Part shown: piece by piece, positions 53,314 through 63,932 of the stretch
How positions within the stretch are numbered: position 1 is the first letter of the stretch
Layout: every line of letters starts with the position of its first letter
IMG/VR virus record: IMGVR_UViG_3300036770_002544
Span: 10,654-74,653 of that record
From: a virus
Taxonomy: Duplodnaviria > Heunggongvirae > Uroviricota > Caudoviricetes
Direction: 5' to 3' (one strand)
Length of the DNA stretch: 64,000 nt
The notes under the pieces: model-generated
What the model was told of the DNA's origin: nothing
The model's database searches: none
Seen by the model: only the letters and a program-made list of their open reading frames with translations
Made by a program: the position numbers and the translations under genes

Positions 53314-54421
53314 TGAGGTATTGTTCTAAACTAACAGGAAGTTGGGCACGTTGTTCACGGTTGTACTCTACAAGACGTTGCTGGTTGTATTTACAAATGT
53401 CACGACTAGCATCCCAGAATTTAGCAGCACCGGTCCGGCTAATGTCGCGCACTGTATCTATTATACGCTCTGCACGGGCTTGCGGGCAATCAATTTGATC
53501 GTAGTGTTCATCGATCAATGTATCAAACGTTTTAAATCCTGCGTTACGCAAGTCACGCAAATAACCTGCATTGGCCGCTACCACAAATGGGTGTGCCATC
53601 AAAACGGGCTTCCAAATCTTTTCTGTTCTAAATGTATGAGGATAGTCGTAAATGGTTTCTGTTACCAGACTGAACCAGGTGTCTGTATAGCAGCGTGGAT
53701 TTACTATGGCGTCGCCCCAGGTGTTGTTGAACAGTTTGTGTTTGACAAATCCGCCATCAGTATAAAGATCAGGTGTTAATCTTTCTCTGGCACGTTCTAT
53801 TTCGTATTCCTGGGGCAGCAGTCTAATAGGCTCTGTTTTAAATGTACTCAACTGGGATGTAAATGCCATTTCTACATGACTACCCAAATTGGTCCATAAT
53901 GCATGTGTCAGCAAACCTTGATCTTTAAGACCATCAATTAGATATTTGCGATGCGGACGTAGCCGACCGTTTAAAAAAAGAAATTCGTACGGACGGTGTG
54001 TTTTATAGTCCAAGGCGCCTTGTAGTTGTGCAGCTTTATTTTCGTCGTACTCAACAATATTACTAAAGTAACAGTCTGTTTTGCAGTAGTTCCAGCCCGG
54101 TTCTAAATCGCCTGACGTTAGTAGGCCAATACGCCCGTCGCGCACATGGTCAGTAATTCGCAGTCTCGTGAGCTGTAGTAACACAGTTTCAGATCCTTCA
54201 GCAGGATTTGAAAAAATGATACGTCCGGGGTATCGATTGGCAAGATCAATAATTCGTGTCCAATTTTCTTTTAAGACCACACGACCTACAATGTACGTAG
54301 CCTCAGGGTCAAAAGAATCAGGCCATTGCCAAAATGATGCGTCTGCATAAGGTTTAAGCAGATCCCAGGTTTCGGCCCATTCATCAACAATCAGTTTATG
54401 AATTCCTAGCATGGTACTCAC
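53300..54421 (-). CDS. TEKxFKP-family protein, paralog 4
   Basis: TEKIWKPVLMAHPFVVAANAGYLRDLRNAGFKTFDTLIDEHYD. Confidence 0.5.
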   Translation of the reverse strand: MSTMLGIHKLIVDEWAETWDLLKPYADASFWQWPDSFDPEATYIVGRVVLKENWTRIIDLANRYPGRIIFSNPAEGSETVLLQLTRLRITDHVRDGRIGLLTSGDLEPGWNYCKTDCYFSNIVEYDENKAAQLQGALDYKTHRPYEFLFLNGRLRPHRKYLIDGLKDQGLLTHALWTNLGSHVEMAFTSQLSTFKTEPIRLLPQEYEIERARERLTPDLYTDGGFVKHKLFNNTWGDAIVNPRCYTDTWFSLVTETIYDYPHTFRTEKIWKPVLMAHPFVVAANAGYLRDLRNAGFKTFDTLIDEHYDQIDCPQARAERIIDTVRDISRTGAAKFWDASRDICKYNQQRLVEYNREQRAQLPVSLEQYLNDRS

Positions 54422-55787
54422 ATTCTGTCCACCAGGACTTCATTTCAGGGAATGTTCTTAAAAAATCAGTTCCGCGGCGACGATCGTGTTCACTAAAGAA
54501 CCGATAGAAATCAGCCTTGGCTGCTGAATGGTCTTGCTGCTGACCTGCTCGCATCCAGGCGATATCACGCTCTAGACGCTGCACTTCGTAGTCCTTGAAT
54601 CCATGCAAGGGGTTAGATTCAGTGACCAGATTGGCCAACATGTAGTCTCGCACTGACTCAAGCTTTTGGGCATAGCTCTCGGGCATGATCTGCAAGCTTT
54701 GCCAAGCAGGTTCCCGCAGTACCGGAGTATCAAACCACACACGCTGATATGTATGAGAATATAATTTTCGCAAGTGCAAGATCCATTCCATATAGGTTTG
54801 CAGTCCAGTGATACTGAGATTGTTCATTGTAATGATAAACGTTAAACTATTGCGATGCGGAGCTTCGGTAAGATAACGATTTACGTTGGTTGCAACACGA
54901 TGCGAATCCATACCGTGTCTGATGTATTCTGCTTGTAATCCATTGCCCGAGTCCAGGCTCACATACTGCATGAAATGTTCGATCTGAGTGTTGCACAGAC
55001 GCTTGACATAGTCTAGATACTTTTCAAACAGTGCATCATCAACTGAAAAATTCGATGTCACATTTAAATGCAAATCAGATTTGGGCAATGCTAACACATA
55101 GTCAAACACACGATAGGTGTTTTTATCCATAAGTGGTTCGCCACCAGTCATGCGGAAATGCTTCAGCTGAGGATACAGCGTGGGCCACCACTGCCAAAAT
55201 GCTTCAACATAGGGATTGTGTTCCCTAGCGGGAATAACACGCCTAGCCCCTGTAAAGTGTTCAGGAGCATTATGTGGTGAGGCAGTAGGGAAAGCGCCAA
55301 AACGATTAGCTTCGTCTGCCCAGCTAGAGCTAAACTGGGGAGAGCAATAACTGCACTTGAGGTTACAAGCATTGTTAAAATTAACCTCAACATAGCTAGG
55401 GATGACGTCATCTTCTGTTCCTGTACTGTTCTTTATACGTTCAAAGTCCACCGCTGCCCAGGGTTCACCTGATCTATAGTGTCTGTCACTCAGCTTATTT
55501 TCAGCTTCCATGTTCCAGCAGTAGCTGCATTCCGCAGGTTTTTGCTGCTGCAACATCAAGACACGTTGCGCTTTCTTGTGTTCAGTATTGTGCAGGGCGC
55601 CAGGATCGGCAGCAATGGCAGCAGGATCAATTGGATGCAGTGGCGGGTGATAGCACGAGTTGTTCATGCCTGTCTGCAGGTGCAAACTGACCTGTTTCCA
55701 TTTGGCAAGACAAAGAGCAGGACCTAGGTCCTGCTTCATTTGTTCAGCAGTTCCCATAAATGTTGATTTGTCTGTTGATTGGGTCAT
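54396..55787 (-). CDS. radical SAM protein, Cys-rich N-terminal family, paralog 5
   Basis: CNLKCSYC. LCLAKWKQVSLHLQTGMNNSCYHPP. Confidence 0.65.
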   Translation of the reverse strand: MTQSTDKSTFMGTAEQMKQDLGPALCLAKWKQVSLHLQTGMNNSCYHPPLHPIDPAAIAADPGALHNTEHKKAQRVLMLQQQKPAECSYCWNMEAENKLSDRHYRSGEPWAAVDFERIKNSTGTEDDVIPSYVEVNFNNACNLKCSYCSPQFSSSWADEANRFGAFPTASPHNAPEHFTGARRVIPAREHNPYVEAFWQWWPTLYPQLKHFRMTGGEPLMDKNTYRVFDYVLALPKSDLHLNVTSNFSVDDALFEKYLDYVKRLCNTQIEHFMQYVSLDSGNGLQAEYIRHGMDSHRVATNVNRYLTEAPHRNSLTFIITMNNLSITGLQTYMEWILHLRKLYSHTYQRVWFDTPVLREPAWQSLQIMPESYAQKLESVRDYMLANLVTESNPLHGFKDYEVQRLERDIAWMRAGQQQDHSAAKADFYRFFSEHDRRRGTDFLRTFPEMKSWWTECEYHARNS

Positions 55788-56383
55788 AGATATTGTTTCA
55801 AAAACTCAAGTACTTCAGCATTGCCCTGTGCGCTCATGTGGTTCGTGCTGCCTGGGTGAGCTTTCCAAACGTTGTGTAGACTTTTAACCTTAGGTAACTG
55901 ATAATCAAAAAATGTTATATGCACAGCATCGGGTAGTTTCCCCACAGCATAGCTAACCAGCAAGCTATGCGTGAACTCAGCTTGTTCTATGTCAAATACA
56001 TTTTCAAACCACCAAACCACATCAGCAGCATACTGATCAGGCAGTCTAGCATGCATGTCTGCATACAGCAAGTCGCAATTGCGATGCGTAGCACTGGTTC
56101 TGTAATAAGGGTTTGTCTCTACATAGATTCTATTGGGACTGGTGTGAACAAAGATTACCTTGCTATACTTGCTAGTATCAATTGAGTTGAGCTTTTTTAT
56201 CAGTCTATATTCACTGCTGCCACACATGGAAACGTTGTCTACAACATAGTTATCAATACACATAGTCCAGCTTGGTGTATCGGTGCTGGCACTAAAACTA
56301 TCACCAATGATCAGTAGCTTCTTTACCATGCTTGTGAAAGTGTATCTAATTTGCGAATAAAACTGGTGCTGAGAACAGAGCAA
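55784..56383 (-). CDS. SGNH/GDSL-like hydrolase
   Basis: N-terminal LLIIGDSFSAS. Confidence 0.45.
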   Translation of the reverse strand: MLCSQHQFYSQIRYTFTSMVKKLLIIGDSFSASTDTPSWTMCIDNYVVDNVSMCGSSEYRLIKKLNSIDTSKYSKVIFVHTSPNRIYVETNPYYRTSATHRNCDLLYADMHARLPDQYAADVVWWFENVFDIEQAEFTHSLLVSYAVGKLPDAVHITFFDYQLPKVKSLHNVWKAHPGSTNHMSAQGNAEVLEFLKQYL

Positions 56384-57150
56384 CAGTATTGCTTTTCAAG
56401 TCTGGGACGAATCCAGTAGTCTACCCAGCTCATGTGTACGTTGCTGGGTGGGTGCATTTTGTTTATATCATTGTATATGGGCAGGTTGTTGTTCATGGCA
56501 TATTGAATCAGTGACACAAACTCGAACCATTCCGAACTCAACACAGGCTTTATCTTTGCACTCAAAGGCTGACTTAAAAAGTCATGTCGCTGTAGTTCGG
56601 CACCTTGTGTTAGGTATGCGTTTATTTCCTGCTCCTGGTACTGCCATATTTCCATGTCAAATAACGGGAAAAGATCTATGCCACGACTCTCACACAGCTT
56701 TTCCAGGGCGCTAAACACAAGCATATTGTTGACACAAGCAATGTCTGGGTCGAAGAAGTTGTTGTAGTAATGTTGTTTTATCAAGGGCCAGTGCGATCCT
56801 GTGCTCCAAAATCCAAACTGACCAGGCACAGCAGGTTGTCCTGCAATGTCTATGGGACGGTGCTTTTCGTTAATATAGTCAGCAGTTTGACTAGGATTTA
56901 GATACATGTCAAACTTGTCAATGCCAGTGAACATAGGCATGCACAAGGTGTTTTTTGAATCAGCATTTAGTATAGCATTGATACAACTAACCGCAATATA
57001 ATAGTTACTAGTACCGCGAGCACTGAGATTGATCACTCGGCGAGGCCGTAGTATTTCGCATACAATATCTGCCCATGTAAACCAAGGGCTTGCAGTTATG
57101 CTAGCACCGCTAATGATCAGTGTATCAATTTGTTTCATAACAGTTGACAA
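56323..57150 (-). CDS. SGNH-like hydrolase (divergent)
   Basis: N-terminal LIISGASITASPW. Confidence 0.35.
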   Translation of the reverse strand: MSTVMKQIDTLIISGASITASPWFTWADIVCEILRPRRVINLSARGTSNYYIAVSCINAILNADSKNTLCMPMFTGIDKFDMYLNPSQTADYINEKHRPIDIAGQPAVPGQFGFWSTGSHWPLIKQHYYNNFFDPDIACVNNMLVFSALEKLCESRGIDLFPLFDMEIWQYQEQEINAYLTQGAELQRHDFLSQPLSAKIKPVLSSEWFEFVSLIQYAMNNNLPIYNDINKMHPPSNVHMSWVDYWIRPRLEKQYCCSVLSTSFIRKLDTLSQAW

Positions 57151-58279
57151 AGTGTTTTAGTTCTTCCATTACACCAAGATTGTGTGCGCGAAACTGTTGT
57201 TCAAGTTTGCCGCTCCAGGCCAGTTCAAAATTGTGCTCTACTGAGGGCTGGGCCATTCTAGCTAAGTCCGGTACAGGCGTTTCTAGTATCCAGTTAATTT
57301 GGCTTAGTATTACTTCCAAGCGTTGGTTGTCGTTAAAGGCACCATCATAGTCACGGGCCCATACATAGTCAAATACAAAGCCCCAGGATTCTAGCTGTTT
57401 TTTGAGTCCAGCTTGTCCAGTAAACAAAATAGCGTTGCCCCCAAACAAGGGCTTCCAAGTTTTTTCTGTTATGTAAGGGGTAGGTAATTTGCCAAACTCC
57501 GGAGTTTGACTCAAGGACTGTGTTTCGTTGATGGAGTTTATAACTGTGTCAAAATAAGCAGGATGATTAAAACAAGAACCACTAAGTGGATTGTTATCAA
57601 ACTGTTCTGCATTAACACTATTGTTTTTTAAAAACTCTTTGTATTCCAGCAGTTTGTCAGCATGATAAAGCCCGTGTGGTTCAAACACAAATCCATCTTG
57701 ATTTCTAATATCAAAGCCTCGATTCCAAGTATACAATGCATGGGCACTTTGCATACTGTGTAGTTTGGCTGTTACGTAAAACTTAAATTCATTAAGTCTT
57801 GAGCTTAGGCTGCTTAACTTGTATTTGCGTTTTGATAAATCAATCTGTGTTGGAGGATTGTTTTTAATGTGTATGGCCCGAAACCAGGTGGCATGATGTA
57901 TTATTTGAAATACTTTTACTCTTTCAAGGTTGGCAAATCCGTTTGGTTGCGCATCTGTTATAACAACAAACTGCGCCTGCGGATTACGGTTGTATAAGTC
58001 TAAAAACCATAAATCACCAAATGGTTCAAAGAACCATGACAGAATGTACAGTTCTTTTCCGTTGGGCACAGTAGGACAACATGGTTGTTGGCTAGCAATG
58101 TTCATCAAGCAGTAAGTATTTTTGTTGTGCTTTTTGAGCCAGGAGAAGTCTGCGTCAACAAACTCAAAGTTTCCGTTTTCTACAGTTTGATTTAGTTTAT
58201 AAAACCAATTGTGCATTACCAGCCTTCCTGCTGACGAATTACATCCATTTCTCTGACCATAACACCTCGATTGCGCCAA
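57125..58279 (-). CDS. TEKxFKP-family protein, paralog 5
   Basis: TEKTWKPLFGGNAILFTGQAGLKKQLESWGFVFDYVWARDYD. Confidence 0.5.
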   Translation of the reverse strand: MAQSRCYGQRNGCNSSAGRLVMHNWFYKLNQTVENGNFEFVDADFSWLKKHNKNTYCLMNIASQQPCCPTVPNGKELYILSWFFEPFGDLWFLDLYNRNPQAQFVVITDAQPNGFANLERVKVFQIIHHATWFRAIHIKNNPPTQIDLSKRKYKLSSLSSRLNEFKFYVTAKLHSMQSAHALYTWNRGFDIRNQDGFVFEPHGLYHADKLLEYKEFLKNNSVNAEQFDNNPLSGSCFNHPAYFDTVINSINETQSLSQTPEFGKLPTPYITEKTWKPLFGGNAILFTGQAGLKKQLESWGFVFDYVWARDYDGAFNDNQRLEVILSQINWILETPVPDLARMAQPSVEHNFELAWSGKLEQQFRAHNLGVMEELKHFVNCYETN

Positions 58280-59139
58280 TCACCACGATAGTGATGCTTG
58301 AAGAATGCCGACTGCTCTGCTTCAAGTATAGCCATAGGCAAATCTAATTGTGTTCCAAGATCAGGACCAATTTGATTAGCCAGTATACGAGGATTGGAAT
58401 CTTTTACCGTGTCCCACAACTTAGCGAGAGCATCGAAGTCTTGAACTTGTGTGTGATCCCAATTTGTAAGCATAGTCATATAAGTGCCTTGGCGGGCACC
58501 AGCAATTGCCCATTCACCGTGTTCAGCATCAACACCTACATTGTGCCAAATTGTTAGATGGTCTAGGTTGCGTAGGACTTGATTTTTGAATTCGTCAATA
58601 GTAGGTTTGCGTCCGCGCTGCAAACACATTTTAACACCCTCACGAAATCCCGCACGCCACGCTTGGAAAGGCGAACCGTTGGGATACGTCGTCGAAAAAC
58701 AATCGTGCATCGCCCAATAAAGGGGATCGAAACAGAACTCCACCTGCGTTTCGTGGGATCCATTTGAATGTTCATGAGTTTGCATATTATGTACAAACTC
58801 CTTCGTCCATGAAGATAAACCACCATTGCCATACATCAGTCCATTAATCTTGTTACGAGCACGCCAGCGGAACACAGCGTTCTCATATTCTTCATTAGGA
58901 AAAACAAGCGTTTGATTAAAAAACGTTGGATCAGGCAAGTTGTCACCGTCGATGAGAATAAATCTGGCTGTATCTGAGGCCTGGGCTGCCGCTTTGTGAG
59001 CAGCATCGCTGCCCTTAACGCCGTCCACCCGTTTGGCCCAAGGCACCATGTTCTTAATTTTAACCCAAAATTCTTCACGTTGTGGCTCATCGTATGTAAG
59101 GTAAATGCAATCTAAATCTGCAATGTCAATTTGTTTCAT
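58216..59139 (-). CDS. hypothetical protein
   Basis: ORF. Confidence 0.45.
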   Translation of the reverse strand: MKQIDIADLDCIYLTYDEPQREEFWVKIKNMVPWAKRVDGVKGSDAAHKAAAQASDTARFILIDGDNLPDPTFFNQTLVFPNEEYENAVFRWRARNKINGLMYGNGGLSSWTKEFVHNMQTHEHSNGSHETQVEFCFDPLYWAMHDCFSTTYPNGSPFQAWRAGFREGVKMCLQRGRKPTIDEFKNQVLRNLDHLTIWHNVGVDAEHGEWAIAGARQGTYMTMLTNWDHTQVQDFDALAKLWDTVKDSNPRILANQIGPDLGTQLDLPMAILEAEQSAFFKHHYRGDWRNRGVMVREMDVIRQQEGW

Positions 59140-59497
59140 AAGTTATTTTGTTCCAAAGTTGATGCGGTTGGTCTGCGCTGACTACTACAGCAACATCTCT
59201 AGGATCACACATGGTCCCTTGTGTATCACTAATTTCTAGTCTGGCAGTGGTCTGCCAGGTTAATTCTACCAATTGCCCGTTGCGAACACGCACGTTGCTG
59301 GCATTACGATGATACTGTTCTTGCGTAATCTCAATGTATGTACCTGGCAAATCTTCCATGCTGTAGAATAAAGGAATACCCTGTGCATCGTGATACAGCC
59401 TATAAAAGACCGGGACCACAGCAGGAACAGCATTTAAAATGTCCCAAAACTCTTGCTCAGTCATGTTCTTTGTGCCCTGTAATGTATAGCACCCCAT
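59126..59497 (-). CDS. hypothetical protein
   Basis: ORF. Confidence 0.4.
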   Translation of the reverse strand: MGCYTLQGTKNMTEQEFWDILNAVPAVVPVFYRLYHDAQGIPLFYSMEDLPGTYIEITQEQYHRNASNVRVRNGQLVELTWQTTARLEISDTQGTMCDPRDVAVVVSADQPHQLWNKITYETN

Positions 59498-60228
59498 TGC
59501 GCTACGGTATTAATTCGATAAGGATCGCTTTCAAACGTTAGTTCATGCATCCAATCTTCGGTCGCTGTACCAGCATGATGTCGCTTCATATGTACAATCT
59601 GTGGGTAGGTTGCAAACGGCAGCGTTACACGATCCCTACCCATGATTTCTGCTGCCATTGCGTATACTAAATCTGTACTAGCACGTTCTTCGGGAAACTT
59701 TAATAAAATCTTGTAGGATTCCCAGTTTGTAAAGATTTCCTTGACCAAATTAAAAAATTCTTGTGCAGTTTCGCTCAATCGCCAGTAGGTAATTGCATTG
59801 TACACATCGGGCAAGTTGTTGGCATCAAAACATTTTCTATAGTTACGTGCAGTACTTGTATCTCCGCGCCAGGTTCTGCATCCAGTACTAATCACAACGT
59901 CTCGATGTCTAAACAAATCCCACCAATGATCAATTGGTGTAGCAATCAACATGTCTGCTTCAAGTTTAATTGTTTCTCTAAATGGTGTGTTCTTAAACAC
60001 TAACCAATCGTTTGCCCAGGGATTGTCAGTGTCAATGTTTTCAACTATATGTGTATAGGCAAACAGTGCGGGCTCAGCTGCATATTTCTCATTGGTCAGC
60101 AAACAAATACGTGCATTGGGATTATGTGCCAAAAGCGTTGTAGCCAATGCACGGGCACAGTCAACATAGTCTGTCTTGCCTATGTTCCAGGCAGGAATAA
60201 TATAACCTTGTTCTTCAACGGGACGCAA
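59461..60228 (-). CDS. putative glycosyltransferase-like protein
   Basis: ORF; weak nucleotide-sugar transferase-like N-terminus. Confidence 0.35.
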   Translation of the reverse strand: MRPVEEQGYIIPAWNIGKTDYVDCARALATTLLAHNPNARICLLTNEKYAAEPALFAYTHIVENIDTDNPWANDWLVFKNTPFRETIKLEADMLIATPIDHWWDLFRHRDVVISTGCRTWRGDTSTARNYRKCFDANNLPDVYNAITYWRLSETAQEFFNLVKEIFTNWESYKILLKFPEERASTDLVYAMAAEIMGRDRVTLPFATYPQIVHMKRHHAGTATEDWMHELTFESDPYRINTVAQWGAIHYRAQRT

Positions 60229-61018
60229 TTATCTTCTCCAACTGGCTTTTGCCCATGGCATGAAAGTCTATGCCTGAGGTGCCTACTTGACGAGCAACAT
60301 TGTTAGAATCAATATATTCCAATGCAAAGTAATCATCCCGTAATTGAGAAACCGCAGCAGTAGGCAATACAGATGCCAAACTCCAAGGAATTTTATCAAC
60401 ATGATTAGTATGTCCGCTAACAATACCTAATGCAATGCTCAATGCAAAATCATTTCTATATGTTGATCGGTCAATGTGATACAAGTCTCGATAGTGCTGC
60501 CAATTTTCACGCACCATTGTCATTGCATCGAAAATATATTGGACGACGTTTGTACGTTTAAAACACATAACTGTGGCCCACCACATGGGCATTTGATGAC
60601 GTCCAAAAGTATTAAGACCGTCGAGTGGTAGGCCAGTTGTTACATCCCAGGCATTTTTATGGCAAAGAAAATCTGTGTCAATATCCCAGAGTTGATTTAA
60701 AGCATCGCTGCAAACCACATAGTCAGCATCTAGTACCAGTGTATGGTCCCAGGGTGTTAGATTAAACGCATCAACCCGTCCGGCATTGTGCCAAGACACA
60801 GTGTTTTGATAATCTTCAAACCAACGTGTTCCACCGGTGGCCGCAGATGCCATAATGACTTTCTCAAAACCCTGAGTTCGGCTTGTATCCTTGCAATCTG
60901 TGACGACTGCAACTGGAATGTCGAGGTGGCGACGAATACGTTGAGCACTCCAGTGAGCCATAGCAACGTAGTCGGTTTGTTCATTGTTAAAAGCAAAGAT
61001 AAGTGCGCCGCGAGTCAT
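60215..61018 (-). CDS. putative glycosyltransferase (DxD)
   Basis: LVLDADYVV DxD motif. Confidence 0.45.
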   Translation of the reverse strand: MTRGALIFAFNNEQTDYVAMAHWSAQRIRRHLDIPVAVVTDCKDTSRTQGFEKVIMASAATGGTRWFEDYQNTVSWHNAGRVDAFNLTPWDHTLVLDADYVVCSDALNQLWDIDTDFLCHKNAWDVTTGLPLDGLNTFGRHQMPMWWATVMCFKRTNVVQYIFDAMTMVRENWQHYRDLYHIDRSTYRNDFALSIALGIVSGHTNHVDKIPWSLASVLPTAAVSQLRDDYFALEYIDSNNVARQVGTSGIDFHAMGKSQLEKIIASR

Positions 61019-61320
61019 CGTTTTTTATTGTTTGCTTCGTGTTCTATTAACCAAGCGTTCATGATTTCTTGAAAGCGTTCACCTACCTGGTGTCCTAGTT
61101 CAATGGTATTAATTTTGACAGGGTTTCCATACAAGTCTAGTATTACTGCTTCTTCGGTTGGTATTGCTTGCAGTAGTACCATCAAGTGCTGGTCAGCACG
61201 AAACATTCCGCCGTTGTATGCAAACAACATTCGCGCTTCGTACTTTTCTTTAAGAATTCGTTTTGCAGTTTCGTGATCAAAACGGGCTCGTGCGTGAGCC
61301 ACAAGGGCATTGGTATCCAT
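61015..61320 (-). CDS. hypothetical protein
   Basis: ORF. Confidence 0.4.
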   Translation of the reverse strand: MDTNALVAHARARFDHETAKRILKEKYEARMLFAYNGGMFRADQHLMVLLQAIPTEEAVILDLYGNPVKINTIELGHQVGERFQEIMNAWLIEHEANNKKR

Positions 61321-61352
61321 CGTGTTATTTTACAGGAAAAGAGAACAAAAGT

Positions 61353-61373
61353 AAAGGGGCTGCTGCCCCTTTT
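61353..61373 (-). terminator. hairpin terminator (minus-strand transcription, after the tail-fibre genes)
   Basis: aaagggg-ctgctg-cccctttt. Confidence 0.5.
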
Positions 61374-61375
61374 GG

Positions 61376-62344
61376 TTAGACTGTTGTAGCTGCTACTGTG
61401 GGTGTGCCCCAACTTGCACTAGTCAAATATGTAGTCGAGGGTGGATAATAGGTACAAATTGTACATGGTGCTGTACCCGGTGTCGCGCCGCTGGCTGCGG
61501 TACCGCCTGAAATTGGGTCGCCATCGCTGGCCGACCAAACTGTAGCAAATGTTAGCACTGTGCTCGCAGCATTTAAAGATGCAGTAACTTGAATATAGTT
61601 GCTAGTGTATGGAACGGTGTCTGCAAACTGTTTGTAAATTATTACCCCTGCGCCACCAGCAGTCAAATCATAAAACCCAGTGGTAGTAGCCAAAGTGTTG
61701 GGTGTACCAGTTCCGCCAATTTTGGTTGTGCCTGTGTAAGCTGTACCAGCAATAGTAGCTGTACCTGTTCCGCCAGTGAAGTAAATGTCGCCGCACAAGG
61801 TGTTGGCCAAGTCGTTCCATTCTGGGTCACCTAGTGCACCTGTCGCTGTTTTGCTAAAATCCAGTTTGATACGTCCGCCACCGTTGAAAAAATAACGAGC
61901 AGCAGCAGCACTAGCAAATGTCACAGTGTTAGTAATGGTAAAACTCCAGGTGGCGCCCGAAGTGGCAGCAGTCTTTGAGTTAGTTCCAGTCCAACCAGTG
62001 TACTGTGATCCATTACCAACAGCATTGCGTCGGTTGTTAGTAATGTTAGTTAAGTCAGTGTTCAGAGCAGCAAGAATCTGAATCAGATTGCCAGTAACAG
62101 GAGCAGTCCTAGAAGTAATAGTTGTGCCAGTTTGGCTAGCCATGCTCGAAATGGTGTTAACAAGACTGGCCCAGTTAGTAGCTGTAACTGTTCCGCTGGC
62201 GCTGACAGTGCTCAGTGCGGTTTGTCCCCACCCTTTATCGCTTGAGCCGGTGCTCCAAAGGTCGTTAACGTTAGCGCCTGCTGTAGTGCTTGCAAAACCG
62301 TTAAAGTCTGTGGCCTGGATCAAGCCGCCTGATGAATAAGTCAT
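61376..62344 (-). CDS. tail fibre / structural Gly-Thr-rich protein
   Basis: Low-complexity T/G/A-rich composition typical of fibre proteins. Adjacent to the fibre gene. Confidence 0.5.
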   Translation of the reverse strand: MTYSSGGLIQATDFNGFASTTAGANVNDLWSTGSSDKGWGQTALSTVSASGTVTATNWASLVNTISSMASQTGTTITSRTAPVTGNLIQILAALNTDLTNITNNRRNAVGNGSQYTGWTGTNSKTAATSGATWSFTITNTVTFASAAAARYFFNGGGRIKLDFSKTATGALGDPEWNDLANTLCGDIYFTGGTGTATIAGTAYTGTTKIGGTGTPNTLATTTGFYDLTAGGAGVIIYKQFADTVPYTSNYIQVTASLNAASTVLTFATVWSASDGDPISGGTAASGATPGTAPCTICTYYPPSTTYLTSASWGTPTVAATTV

Positions 62345-62357
62345 TTTTTTATCCTAA

Positions 62358-63929
62358 TTATTTGCTTATGGTTACAATAGCCTCAACTTCGCCTAGTTCG
62401 GGAGTCAGCTTGTGTGCCAACGCACGACCTAGAACGTTGAACGCAGTTGCTTCTCCAGGTCGGGCAGCTCGCGCAACTCCGTTACCAGCTGATACCAATC
62501 GATCACCTTTGTTTACCGTACCAATCACCTGAACCGGAACTCGTCCAGTCATGGCCACAGCAGGGTGAGTATTGTCATCGCCAGCACCGCCGTTCATCAG
62601 ATAAGCAGCACGGGTACTAATAACACCAAACACATTGTCGCTGAGTTCGTCTCGGGCACGAGTGATTTCTTTTTCGCCACCCAGTTCAACTACCGTACCA
62701 GCTTCAAGCACTTCGTCAGCAGCAAAACGTTCTGCAACGTCAGCGTACAAGGCTGTAGTAGATTGAGCAAACACACGGTTAAACGGATTCGAAGCAGAAC
62801 CAATGTTGCCGGTTGCGTTACCTGCTGTAGTAATGTTGTTTACGTTAACAACGTTAGCATACACTGTGCTGGTGTCAATTACAACCACATTGGACACGCC
62901 GCCTACGTTGAAGTTGATGTTACCGCCCGAAGTACCAATCGCACCTTCTGAGGTACCGTTCTGGAACTTAGTAACACTAACGCCTAAGCTCAAACCAGTC
63001 AGTTGCGAGCCATTACCAAGGAAATATGTACCCGAAATGTTAGCACTGCTGGTAATGTTACCTGTTGCAGTAATCAAGCCAGCAGTGCTGACGTTGCCAG
63101 CAATCACGTTAGCAGTCGCGCTAACAGTGGCACCTTGTACTAGAGCTGCAGTCAGCACGTTGCCACCAGTAATGTTGGCGGTTGCACTGACTTGTCCGGC
63201 AGTGACCAAATTACCGCCTGTGACGTTGCCAGTTACCCCAAGTGTTGTGCCCACTGTGGCAGCGTTAGCAATAGCAAAAGTACCGTTGGAACCCAAGGCA
63301 CGAGCCACGTTATAGGTTGTGCCACCCACGTTGGCTTGAATAACCAAGTTACCGTTTGAAATGTCGCTCTTAACGTTAGCATCTGTTGTGGTAGTGTTCA
63401 CATTGAACACGTTAGCAGCACCAACAAACAAACCTGTGTTATTTTGCACACGCACAGTACCTGTAGTCGCTGTATTAGCAGTGGCTCTCATGAAGTCTGT
63501 GGAGTCTAAATTGTCTAACAACTGAGCATTGGTTGCGCTGCCGGAAAACACTGCCGAACCACCTAGACCTGAGGTGGGCAATGTAATACCAGTAGAGATT
63601 GTAGGGAATGTAGTAACTGTAGGAGCAGCAGGAGTAAAGTCAGCATCCTTGCTGACAATGGCAACTCTAGTGTTGTTCACATACAAGCTAGTAACAAAGT
63701 GCGGTGTGCCGCCGTTGTCGTTGATTGTTTCAGGAATAGCGCCAGTTGTACCTTCAGCTGATGTAAACGCAGGACCAACCACAATAAAGCCTGTGCCTGT
63801 GTATACTTTGACCTGCTGGTTGACGGTATCGTACCACAAGTCACCAGTAACGTTAGATGTTGGCGCAGTAGAGCTAGAAGTTGCTGCACTGATGGTTTTG
63901 AACAGTGTGCCGTTGTAAACCTTCAGCAA
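62358..63929 (-). CDS. tail fibre protein with internal short repeats
   Basis: Repeats of ...ANITGGNVLTAALVQGATVSATANVIAGNVSTAG... Confidence 0.6.
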   Translation of the reverse strand: MLKVYNGTLFKTISAATSSSTAPTSNVTGDLWYDTVNQQVKVYTGTGFIVVGPAFTSAEGTTGAIPETINDNGGTPHFVTSLYVNNTRVAIVSKDADFTPAAPTVTTFPTISTGITLPTSGLGGSAVFSGSATNAQLLDNLDSTDFMRATANTATTGTVRVQNNTGLFVGAANVFNVNTTTTDANVKSDISNGNLVIQANVGGTTYNVARALGSNGTFAIANAATVGTTLGVTGNVTGGNLVTAGQVSATANITGGNVLTAALVQGATVSATANVIAGNVSTAGLITATGNITSSANISGTYFLGNGSQLTGLSLGVSVTKFQNGTSEGAIGTSGGNINFNVGGVSNVVVIDTSTVYANVVNVNNITTAGNATGNIGSASNPFNRVFAQSTTALYADVAERFAADEVLEAGTVVELGGEKEITRARDELSDNVFGVISTRAAYLMNGGAGDDNTHPAVAMTGRVPVQVIGTVNKGDRLVSAGNGVARAARPGEATAFNVLGRALAHKLTPELGEVEAIVTISK

Positions 63930-63932
63930 GTT

